Source of the DNA: an uncultured Victivallales bacterium
GTDB lineage: Bacteria > Verrucomicrobiota > Lentisphaeria > Victivallales > UBA1829
NCBI GenBank assembly: GCA_934661375.1
Contig: CAKUJH010000005.1
Location: forward strand, 2,498 to 66,497
Direction: 5' to 3'
DNA: 64,000 bases
Shown piece by piece: positions 1 through 7,359 of the stretch. The notes under the pieces were generated by a model, which saw only the letters and a list, made by a program, of their open reading frames with translations, searched no databases and was not told the origin of the DNA. Position 1 is the stretch's first letter; each line of letters begins with the position of its first letter. Made by a program: the position numbers and the translations under genes.

Positions 1-1463
1 CTCATGGTGAACATCTGGATGACGGGCGGGTGCGCGCGTACATTGACGGACGCTGTTTTGCGGATCGTTATATTTGCCATAAAGGTTTGAACCGCTTCAC
101 GTTCCGTCATCGGCGTCTGGGGGCGCGCTATCTGGAAATGCACATGACCCATTGCGCGGAAAGCCGGGTTACTCTGCATTATCTGGGGATGATTCCGCTG
201 GAACTGCCACTGCCGGAAGCTGCGGATTTTCAATGTGAAGACTCTGCGATTGTCCGTCATAATCAATTGGCGATCAACACGTTGAAACTCTGTATGCATG
301 AGCATTATGAAGATTGTCCATGGCGCGAGCAGGGACTGTACGCCTATGATTCCCGTAATCAGATGCTGTTCGGGTATTATGTCTGGGGCAATTATGATTT
401 CGCCGCAGCATCGCTTGACCTGCTGGGCAGCAATTTCGACGGCGAACGGTATCTGGGCTTGACCGCGCCGGGACGTCTGGCGTTGACGATTCCAATTTTT
501 ACCATGGCGTGGATCACTGCTGTTTATGAACATATTCTGTTCAGCGGGTCGGACCGTCTGTTTGTCCGCTGGCAGGAACAGATCGACCGGATTCTGGATG
601 CCGCATTGGCGGCGGATCGCGTTCCCGGTTTTCCGGAACTTTGCCGTTCCTGCGAAGGCAAGGAAATCTGGAATTTCTGCGAGTGGCAGGGCGAACTCAG
701 CCAGCTGAACCGTCAGCCGCAATCCATCTATAATCTGTACCTTGCCGAAGCATTGCGCGCTGCGGGGCAACTCCATGAATACAAAGGAAATACCGAACGT
801 GCGGCATACCTGAACCGTCAGGCGGAAACGATCGAAAACGCCGTGAAAGAAGTTTTCCGCGATGATGCCCGGCACGGGTTTCTGTGCAGTCTGCCGCAGA
901 CTTCCGAAACGCTGTATGAACATGTGCAGGCTCTGATGCTGGCATTGGTTCCGTTGTCCGCGGAGGATACAGCTCTGCTGCTGGATCAGCTGACGACAGG
1001 TTCCATGCAGCCGATCTCGTTGAGTGCGTATCCGTATTTACTGCGCGGATTCCTCAAAGCCGGGACGCGCGGTGAACAGATTATTCTGCCGCGTCTGCGT
1101 AAAACCTTTGATCCGATCCTGTTTTCCGGCGCAACGTCGCTGTGGGAAACGACAGCCGGAAGCGATGATTTCGGGGCGGCTGGCAGTCTGTGTCATGCGT
1201 GGAGCGGTCTGTTTCCGTATTTTTCCGGGCGCGTCCTGCTGGGGGTATGGCCGTTGTCGCCGGGGTTCCGGACATTTGAAGTGAATCCGGTGTCCTGCGG
1301 ATTGACCCATGCAGAAGGCGAGATACCCACGCCGTCGGGCAAGATCCGGGTGCGCTGGCAGCGGAACGCCGCCGGGAAACTGGATGTTACCGTGCAGAAA
1401 CCAGACAATCTGCAATGCATTGCCGGAAAAAATGTCGCATCTCTGCAACTGGTCAAGGGGTGA
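1..1463 (+). CDS. alpha-L-rhamnosidase-like glycoside hydrolase (GH78-type six-hairpin domain), 5' end cut by window edge
   Basis: The reading frame is open from nt 3 to the TGA at 1461-1463, so the track 'M' at 30 is an internal GTG and the true start lies upstream of the window. The motif EDCPWREQGLYAYDSRNQ resembles the DCP-x-RE signature region of bacterial alpha-L-rhamnosidase catalytic domains. Family call is by eye. Confidence 0.6.
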   Translation, partial: HGEHLDDGRVRAYIDGRCFADRYICHKGLNRFTFRHRRLGARYLEMHMTHCAESRVTLHYLGMIPLELPLPEAADFQCEDSAIVRHNQLAINTLKLCMHEHYEDCPWREQGLYAYDSRNQMLFGYYVWGNYDFAAASLDLLGSNFDGERYLGLTAPGRLALTIPIFTMAWITAVYEHILFSGSDRLFVRWQEQIDRILDAALAADRVPGFPELCRSCEGKEIWNFCEWQGELSQLNRQPQSIYNLYLAEALRAAGQLHEYKGNTERAAYLNRQAETIENAVKEVFRDDARHGFLCSLPQTSETLYEHVQALMLALVPLSAEDTALLLDQLTTGSMQPISLSAYPYLLRGFLKAGTRGEQIILPRLRKTFDPILFSGATSLWETTAGSDDFGAAGSLCHAWSGLFPYFSGRVLLGVWPLSPGFRTFEVNPVSCGLTHAEGEIPTPSGKIRVRWQRNAAGKLDVTVQKPDNLQCIAGKNVASLQLVKG

Positions 1464-1465
1464 AA

Positions 1466-1484
1466 TAAAAAAGGACGTCCTTTT
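1466..1484. terminator. weak bidirectional terminator candidate between convergent genes
   Basis: Palindrome AAAAAAGGAC/GTCCTTTTT (A-run, GC core, T-run) lies 3 nt after the + strand stop and about 40 nt after the - strand stop. The stem is short and AU-rich. Confidence 0.35.
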
Positions 1485-1522
1485 TACGGGTCGTCCTTTG
1501 CTGTATCAGCTTGCAGGATGTT

Positions 1523-2332
1523 TCAGGATTTCCAGTTGCGCTGTCTTGCCGCTTCATAAAGCAGCAGCGTGGCAGCCGTGGCAACGTTGAGGGAATCCAT
1601 TTTGCCGAGCATGGGGATGACCACCTGAATATCGGCGGCCTTCATCCAGTAGTCGGAAAGCCCGTACTGTTCCGCACCCACGACAATGGCGGTTGGTCCG
1701 GTCATGTCGTTTTCGGTGTAAATCTTGTCGGTATGCGGTGTTGCGGCAAGGGAACGGATGCCGTTTCTGCGCAGCCATTCCACCGCTTCTTCGGAAGAAG
1801 TTTCCGCCAGCGGAACCGAAAAGATGGCGCCGGTACTGGCGCGGATGACGTTCGGGTTGAAAATATCCGTCTGGCGGTTGCAGACGATCACACCGGTGGC
1901 GTTGACCGCATCCGCACTGCGGAGGATTGAGCCGAGATTGCCGGGTTTCTCGATGGTTTCCGCTACGAGATACAACCCGTTCTTGCGGACGGGGATGGAT
2001 TCCAGCCCTTTCTTTTTCATTTCAGCGATGGCAATCAGCCCTTCGGGACGGTCGCGATACGCCAGTTTGGTGAGAATTTCGGGCGTAGTCTGCCAGACAT
2101 CCGCGTCGTCTTTCGCAAGGGATTCCAGCAGGGGATATTCGTTTTCGCCGAGGAAAAGTTCCGGGGCGAAGAAACATTCCCGGATATGGATTCCGAGCAG
2201 ATGCGCACGGGAGAGTTCCCGGTATCCTTCAAGGATGGTAACGCCTTCCCGATCCCGTTCCCGGCGTTCGCGCAGGGAACAGGCATGTCTGATTTTGGGA
2301 TTTTTGGCGCTGGTCAGCAGGGTGAAATCCAT
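1523..2332 (-). CDS. TrmH/SpoU-family RNA 2'-O-methyltransferase
   Basis: 269-aa ORF with SpoU methylase motifs LVAETIEKPGNLGSILRSADA, NVIRASTGAIFSVPL and IPMLGKMDSLNVATAATLLLYE. Confidence 0.85.
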   Translation of the reverse strand: MDFTLLTSAKNPKIRHACSLRERRERDREGVTILEGYRELSRAHLLGIHIRECFFAPELFLGENEYPLLESLAKDDADVWQTTPEILTKLAYRDRPEGLIAIAEMKKKGLESIPVRKNGLYLVAETIEKPGNLGSILRSADAVNATGVIVCNRQTDIFNPNVIRASTGAIFSVPLAETSSEEAVEWLRRNGIRSLAATPHTDKIYTENDMTGPTAIVVGAEQYGLSDYWMKAADIQVVIPMLGKMDSLNVATAATLLLYEAARQRNWKS

Positions 2333-2341
2333 CTTGTCCGC

Positions 2342-3511
2342 TCACTCGTTGAAAAACACTTCGGAAGTATAGACCAGACCGGCTTCATCTTCGAGCAGAA
2401 GATAGGCGGCAGTCCAGTCCGCCGGCAGATTTCCGACAACCGTGTTGTTTTCGCGGTTGAGACGGGCAGGCTGGGCGCGGAAGACACAGTCGTTCCAGCA
2501 TCCGGATGCGCGGGTCCAGACAATATCGGCTTTTTTGATTTTGACGCTGGAAGACCATTTGCCGCCGAGCTGAATCGTATCGTCATTGAATTTGACTTTG
2601 GTGAATCCGGGGAATTCCTTTCCGGCGAGAACGGCTTTGGCGAACGGAACCAGTTCGGGCGCATTTTCGCCTTCCATGTGTCCATGAACCATGGCGGGAC
2701 GCAGGGCGCGGCAGGACCGCGGAGCAAGCGAGGCGGAGTGATTCCAGTTGCGGACGTCAAACGCGAAATCGCAGGCGCCGGAGACCCAGAGCATCGGCAT
2801 TTTCGCTTTGGTGAGCGTATTGTTCGGATCCCAGAGTTCCGCAAATTTTCTGACTTTTTTCGCGGAAGCGTCTTCGGGAACAATGGCGAGAGAATCGAAA
2901 CCGCCGCAGCCGTAGACAGGCATGACGAAACGGAAACGGTCATCGTATCCGGCAGCGAGAGCCGCAGCGAAACCGCCCCAGGAGATACCGGTCAAGCCGA
3001 TTTTGGAGCCGTCGACTTCCGGGAGAGACGCCAGAAAACTGTTTGCCGCAATGATCGCTGCAACCGCATGGAAGGGCCACTGATCGACGGGCGCATAGTC
3101 CACATCCTCAAATTTATTTTCGGGATCCGGACCGGAAAATTCGTGGCGTTCCGGCGGATTTTTGGTGCAGTAGGAGCCGTCTTTAGCGGGCAGCCCGCCG
3201 AACATGTCAATGGAAATGGCGGCGAATCCGCAGTCGTTCCAGTGTTTCACCCAGGGAGCCATCGCGGTGCCGAGTCCACCGTGAACCAGCACGATGCCGG
3301 GAACTTTGGTGTCCGGAGAAGCGTTTTCGGGCAGTCCATACCACGCAAATACGCGGGTTTCCTTGTCTTCATACTGTGCGCCGGCAAGGAAAATCCCTTT
3401 CACTCCGGGAGTTGCACTTTCAAATCCTTCCGCTTCAAACGTCGCGGGCGTCTTGTAAAATTCAGAAAAATCCAGCATTGTTTTTCTCTTTCCTTGGCTG
3501 ATGTTTTTCAC
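2342..3511 (-). CDS. alpha/beta hydrolase, acetyl-xylan-esterase/dienelactone-hydrolase-like carbohydrate esterase
   Basis: 389-aa ORF with IVLVHGGLG (HGG oxyanion region) and the nucleophile elbow GISWGG (G-x-S-x-G). An alternative start is ATG 3476-3478 (MLDFSEF...). Confidence 0.7.
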   Translation of the reverse strand: MKNISQGKRKTMLDFSEFYKTPATFEAEGFESATPGVKGIFLAGAQYEDKETRVFAWYGLPENASPDTKVPGIVLVHGGLGTAMAPWVKHWNDCGFAAISIDMFGGLPAKDGSYCTKNPPERHEFSGPDPENKFEDVDYAPVDQWPFHAVAAIIAANSFLASLPEVDGSKIGLTGISWGGFAAALAAGYDDRFRFVMPVYGCGGFDSLAIVPEDASAKKVRKFAELWDPNNTLTKAKMPMLWVSGACDFAFDVRNWNHSASLAPRSCRALRPAMVHGHMEGENAPELVPFAKAVLAGKEFPGFTKVKFNDDTIQLGGKWSSSVKIKKADIVWTRASGCWNDCVFRAQPARLNRENNTVVGNLPADWTAAYLLLEDEAGLVYTSEVFFNE

Positions 3512-3675
3512 TTTGTTTTCAGATGCCCTTCAATGTAATTGCAGGAACGGGAAATTACAATCTCCGGAATGTTTTTTTTGCATAAAAAAAGACTTTTTTT
3601 TCGTCAAAATTTGTATTTTTGCGTTGAGGGTGTACCTTGTATGGCAAAAAACTGAAACAGAAAGTGCGAATATTC

Positions 3676-4329
3676 ATGAAGCTGAAAATCTATGAAACGT
3701 TTGCCAGCATACAGGGAGAATCCACTTATGCGGGCATTCCGTGTTTTTTCATCCGGCTGGCTCAATGCAATCTGCGCTGCTCCTATTGCGATACCCGGCG
3801 GGCGCAGACGTTGGAACGCGCTGTCGAAATATCGGTTGGGGAACTGGTGCAGCGCGCCGCTGCGTCCGGATTGAAACTGACGGAAATCACCGGCGGAGAG
3901 CCCATGCTCCAGCAGGAAGGCGTCTGTGAACTGGCGGAACAGCTGCTGACAGCAGGACATACCGTGCTGATGGAGACCAACGGGTCCTGCGATCTGCGTA
4001 TGCTGCCGCCGGGCGTAGTCCGGATTGTGGACTGGAAAACTCCGTCCAGCGGCGAAGATTCCCGGATGTTCGAACCGAATTTCCAGTCGCTGCGTCCGGT
4101 TGACGAGGTGAAATTCGTGATGTCCGATGAAAGGGATTACCGTTTCGCTCTGGAAAAAATCCGAGCATTTCATCTGGCGGAACAGACGGAAAATATTCTG
4201 TTCAGTCCGGTTTACGGCGCATTGGCGGGGGCGGATCTGGCGGCGTGGATGGTGCGCGACAATCCGCCGGCGCGTCTGAACCTTCAGATTCACAAATATA
4301 TCTGGGATCCGAACCGGGAAGGTGTTTGA
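3676..4329 (+). CDS. queE: 7-carboxy-7-deazaguanine synthase (radical SAM)
   Basis: FASIQGESTYAG followed by CNLRCSYCDT (CxxxCxxC) is the QueE signature. I prefer ATG 3676 (MKLKIYE...) to the track's TTG at 3637. Confidence 0.85.
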   Translation: MKLKIYETFASIQGESTYAGIPCFFIRLAQCNLRCSYCDTRRAQTLERAVEISVGELVQRAAASGLKLTEITGGEPMLQQEGVCELAEQLLTAGHTVLMETNGSCDLRMLPPGVVRIVDWKTPSSGEDSRMFEPNFQSLRPVDEVKFVMSDERDYRFALEKIRAFHLAEQTENILFSPVYGALAGADLAAWMVRDNPPARLNLQIHKYIWDPNREGV

Positions 4330-4354
4330 TTTTTTTTCCGGCAGGGAAGGGCGG

Positions 4355-5155
4355 TCAGTGCAGAAAAGTCAAATTTTCTCCGTCACTGGCAATCCGTCCC
4401 TGCATTGCCAGTGATTCCAGCAGCCGCCGACAGGTTGTGTCGCCCATGAACGGGTGTGGTTCCATCCGGTTGAATGCCTGGAAAACTTCGGTCGGGCGGC
4501 GGATTCCGGAACGGATGAGTTCCAGCAGACGCAGTTCACTTTTTCCGGGCGAGCCGTCTGCGGGATGATCTTCCCCGTAACGGATCATGGCTTCCGCCAG
4601 TACCGGATCCGCGGCGCGGTTTTCCCGGTTGAAACGGGCAACGGTTTCCGGTCCGGAGACGACGGCATTCCAGGCTTCGGCATACAACAGAATGATTTCC
4701 GGGGAAAGCACGGGAAAAGTCCGCCAGTCCTGAAGAAAATATTCCGGGTGTTCGTCCGGTACAAAATCGGCGCGGAACAGCCGGATTTCCGCCGGAGAAT
4801 TCCGCAGCAGAAACAGAATCCGGGCAAGCATGAGAGTGTCGAACATGCAGACGTCGAACCAGAGAACTGCGGTATTCCGGACAGTCAGTTCCGCCAGTGT
4901 GCGATCCAGTCCGAGCAGAAAATTCCGCAGCTGTTCTTCTGAATATTCCGGTACACAGGAATGCAGAAAATTGGCACGGACCCGTGCAAATTCTTCTGCG
5001 GAAACATTATGAGGCAAAGGTCCTTCCGTATAATTTTCCCGCCAGACAATATGATTCTGCAAACCGCCGGTCATGCGTTTCCAGACATTGTACGCGCAAT
5101 CGCCGTTGAAGATGTGGAACGGTTGATTTCCTGATTTCACGAAAAATTCTTTCAA
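4355..5155 (-). CDS. DUF1835/DUF3658-like protein of unknown function
   Basis: 266-aa ORF with coding-like composition. N-terminal HIFNGDCAYNVWK resembles the DUF1835 H-I-x-x-G-D-S motif. Similarity is by eye only. Confidence 0.5.
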   Translation of the reverse strand: MKEFFVKSGNQPFHIFNGDCAYNVWKRMTGGLQNHIVWRENYTEGPLPHNVSAEEFARVRANFLHSCVPEYSEEQLRNFLLGLDRTLAELTVRNTAVLWFDVCMFDTLMLARILFLLRNSPAEIRLFRADFVPDEHPEYFLQDWRTFPVLSPEIILLYAEAWNAVVSGPETVARFNRENRAADPVLAEAMIRYGEDHPADGSPGKSELRLLELIRSGIRRPTEVFQAFNRMEPHPFMGDTTCRRLLESLAMQGRIASDGENLTFLH

Positions 5156-5193
5156 AATATTGCAGAACGTATTTTTTTACTGAATGGATAATG

Positions 5194-5229
5194 AAAAACC
5201 CCGAACCACTGAAACGTTCCGGGGTTTTT
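5194..5229 (-). terminator. intrinsic terminator downstream of rpsU
   Basis: AAAAACCCCGAA...TTCCGGGGTTTTT forms a GC-rich stem with one bulge, flanked by an A-run and a T-run. On the minus strand a U-tract follows the hairpin, 17 nt after the rpsU stop. Confidence 0.6.
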
Positions 5230-5245
5230 CCGATTTGCGCACTCT

Positions 5246-5410
5246 TCAGCGATGACGCTGGGTGCGGCGCTTTTTCTCGCTCGGCTTTTCAAAGTGTCTT
5301 CTGTTGCGAAGTTCCTTGAGGGTGCCTTCTTTGTCGAGTTTCTTTTTGAGACGGCGAAGAGCTCTTTCGATCGGTTCGCCTTTCTTCAAACGTACTTCCG
5401 TTGCTTCCAT
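5246..5410 (-). CDS. rpsU: 30S ribosomal protein S21
   Basis: Absent from the ORF track (54 aa). Minus-strand ATG (5408-5410) to TGA (5246-5248) translates to [54 protein letters not shown], a typical S21. A GAGGGGG Shine-Dalgarno sits about 8 nt upstream and a terminator lies downstream. Confidence 0.9.
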   Translation of the reverse strand: MEATEVRLKKGEPIERALRRLKKKLDKEGTLKELRNRRHFEKPSEKKRRTQRHR

Positions 5411-5464
5411 TGTTGTTCACCCCCTCTCTTTCACAGGTTGTTCATATTTCATGTTTTACACTCA

Positions 5465-7192
5465 TCATTCGTTGTTGGCGTAACCGGCTTCGTCCGCCAG
5501 CAGATCCCGGAGTTTACTCAATGCCTGGTTCTGAATCTGACGTACCCGTTCGCGGGTTCTGCCGATGGTCTGGCTGACTTCTTCCAGCGTTTTGGGACGT
5601 ACTCCGTCCAGACCGAAACGCATTTTCAGAATCATCCGTTCCCGTTCATCCAGTTCGCTCAGCAGATCGACCAGACGGCTGACAGATTCCACATCACTCA
5701 GAATCCGGTCGGGCGTCTGCGCCCCGCGGTCCGGAATGATGTCCTGAAATTCGCCGTCTTCCCCTTGCTGAATCGGGTCATGGAGAGAAAATGTGCGGAG
5801 ATCCGCCAGACGCAGACCAGCCACGGTTCTTTCGCTGAAATCCAAATCTTTGGCGATTTCGGCATCCGTCGGTTCACGTCCGAGTTTTTCCGCCAGTTTC
5901 GTGCGGATGGACTTGATTTTGTTGATTTTTCCCGCCGACTGCACCGGAATACGGATAATCCGGCTCTGGTTGGCAAGCGCACGGCGCATGGACTGCTTAA
6001 TCCACCATGCGGCATAAGAACTGAATTTTGCACCTTTGGCAGGATCGAATTTTTCGACCGCACGCATCAGACCGATGTTGCCTTCGGAAATCAGATCCAG
6101 CAACGGCAATCCCAGCCCCTTGAAGTCGTGTGCAATTTTGACAACCAGACGCAGGTTGGCCTTGATCAGAGTCTTGCGGGCTTCATCATGGGCGCTGTTG
6201 TCCGCCCCGTGGATAGCCGCAGCCAGAAACACTTCCTGCTCTTTGGTGACCAGCGAGATCTGCCCGATCTCGTTCATGTAGGTCTTCATGGTGTCATTTT
6301 TGGAAGCCGCGACTTTTGCACCGGCGAGTTCATTCTTCTTGTCTTCGTCTTCCGCATCCGCCCCGTCGCCGGATTCTTCCTGATCTTCCGCAGACTGTGC
6401 GGCTTCCGCTTTTACGGCTTCGTCTTCCTGATCTTCATCCTCTGCCGGCTTTTTTACCGCTTTTTCCGGCTTTGCTGTCTTTTTCGGAGCGGCGGGAACC
6501 GGTTCGATAATTTCTTCCTCTTCTGCTTTTACCGCTTTGACCGCAGGTTTCACTTCCGTTTTCTTTTCGGGTTTAGCCGCGGTTTTGACCGTAGTTGTTT
6601 TCTCGGCTTTCGGCATCGGCTTGACAGATTCTGTTTTTTCCGCTTTTGCGGGAACAGCAGCCTTGACAGAAGGAGTTTTCGCTGTTTTTACGGAATCCGC
6701 TTTGACCGGAGAAGCCGGTTCAACTTTTTTGGCTTTGACCGCTGGTGCTTTAGCCGGAGCTGTTTTCTTTTCCGCTTTATCGTTTTTTACGGGAGCCGTT
6801 TTTGCATCCGTTTTCTTTTCGGGTTTAGCCGCGGTTTTGACCGGTGTGGCGGCTTTTTTTGCCGGAGTTTCCTTAACCGCTTTCGTTGTGGAGGTTACGG
6901 CAGCTTTCTTTTCAACTTTTGCTGCAGGTTTGACCGGAGCGTTTTCTTCGGTCTTTTTGGAAACGGTTTCGGCTTTTTTGACCGGAGTCTTGCTTTTCGG
7001 AGCGGCGGCGGATTTCACTTCTGCTTTTTTCGCTGGACTGGATTTTTTCTCGGACTTCCCGTCTTTGGCAGTTGTTGATTTTTTGACCGGAGCTGCTTTT
7101 TTAGCAGACGTTTTAGCCGCGGCCGATTGGGTTGCGGAGGAGACAGCTTTTCCCAAAGCGTTCTTTTTTTCTGGAACTTTAGAAGATTTCAT
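5465..7192 (-). CDS. rpoD: primary RNA polymerase sigma-70 factor with long basic/acidic N-terminal extension
   Basis: The C-terminal ~276 aa contain regions 1.2-4 (NLRLVVKIAHDF, DLISEGNIGLMRAVEKFD, YAAWWIKQSMRRAL, TLEEVSQTIGRTRERVRQIQNQAL). I chose the start at ATG 7190-7192 (MKSSKV...) because AAGGAGG lies 12 nt upstream. The track's longer start (7342) lies inside the predicted promoter. Confidence 0.9.
   Translation of the reverse strand: MKSSKVPEKKNALGKAVSSATQSAAAKTSAKKAAPVKKSTTAKDGKSEKKSSPAKKAEVKSAAAPKSKTPVKKAETVSKKTEENAPVKPAAKVEKKAAVTSTTKAVKETPAKKAATPVKTAAKPEKKTDAKTAPVKNDKAEKKTAPAKAPAVKAKKVEPASPVKADSVKTAKTPSVKAAVPAKAEKTESVKPMPKAEKTTTVKTAAKPEKKTEVKPAVKAVKAEEEEIIEPVPAAPKKTAKPEKAVKKPAEDEDQEDEAVKAEAAQSAEDQEESGDGADAEDEDKKNELAGAKVAASKNDTMKTYMNEIGQISLVTKEQEVFLAAAIHGADNSAHDEARKTLIKANLRLVVKIAHDFKGLGLPLLDLISEGNIGLMRAVEKFDPAKGAKFSSYAAWWIKQSMRRALANQSRIIRIPVQSAGKINKIKSIRTKLAEKLGREPTDAEIAKDLDFSERTVAGLRLADLRTFSLHDPIQQGEDGEFQDIIPDRGAQTPDRILSDVESVSRLVDLLSELDERERMILKMRFGLDGVRPKTLEEVSQTIGRTRERVRQIQNQALSKLRDLLADEAGYANNE
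6555..6843. repeat. pair of perfect 37-nt direct repeats inside the rpoD N-terminal extension
   Basis: TCCGTTTTCTTTTCGGGTTTAGCCGCGGTTTTGACCG occurs at 6555-6591 and 6807-6843. The copies are 252 nt (84 codons) apart and in frame. Both encode ...VKTAAKPEKKT.... Confidence 0.9.
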
Positions 7193-7330
7193 AATGTTCA
7201 AGAACCTCCTTGGATATTTGAACTTTTCGCTATTGACTTTTTTCGTTTCCGTTATATTGTAACCCTTATGCAATGAAAATTTGCGGCAGGAAAACACCAT
7301 GCTGCGAAGACTCATTACAAATAGTCTGTA

Positions 7331-7359
7331 ATTATAATACATAAAGGCGTTTTTGTCAA
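7331..7359 (-). promoter_or_regulatory. consensus sigma70-type promoter facing rpoD
   Basis: The minus strand reads TTGACA (7359-7354), a 17-nt spacer, then TATAAT (7336-7331). Both hexamers match the consensus perfectly at optimal spacing, about 130 nt upstream of the rpoD start. Confidence 0.5.

Noticed and set aside
3512-3675. Possible preQ1 riboswitch upstream of queE
   Set aside because: No preQ1-I/II-like conserved core is seen. The region looks like an AT-rich divergent promoter zone with T/A runs only.
5252-7078. 608-aa + strand ORF (plus 6537-7262 and others) opposite rpoD
   Set aside because: Its F/R/G/C-rich low-complexity translation is simply the mirror image of the Lys/Ala/Pro-rich rpoD extension. 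The minus strand carries an unmistakable sigma-70 core. It also overlaps the real rpsU gene.
7193-7342. 50-codon N-terminal extension of the rpoD ORF (track start 7342)
   Set aside because: The extension (MYYNYRLFVMSLRS...) starts inside the perfect TTGACA-17-TATAAT promoter and has no SD. ATG 7192 has AAGGAGG upstream.
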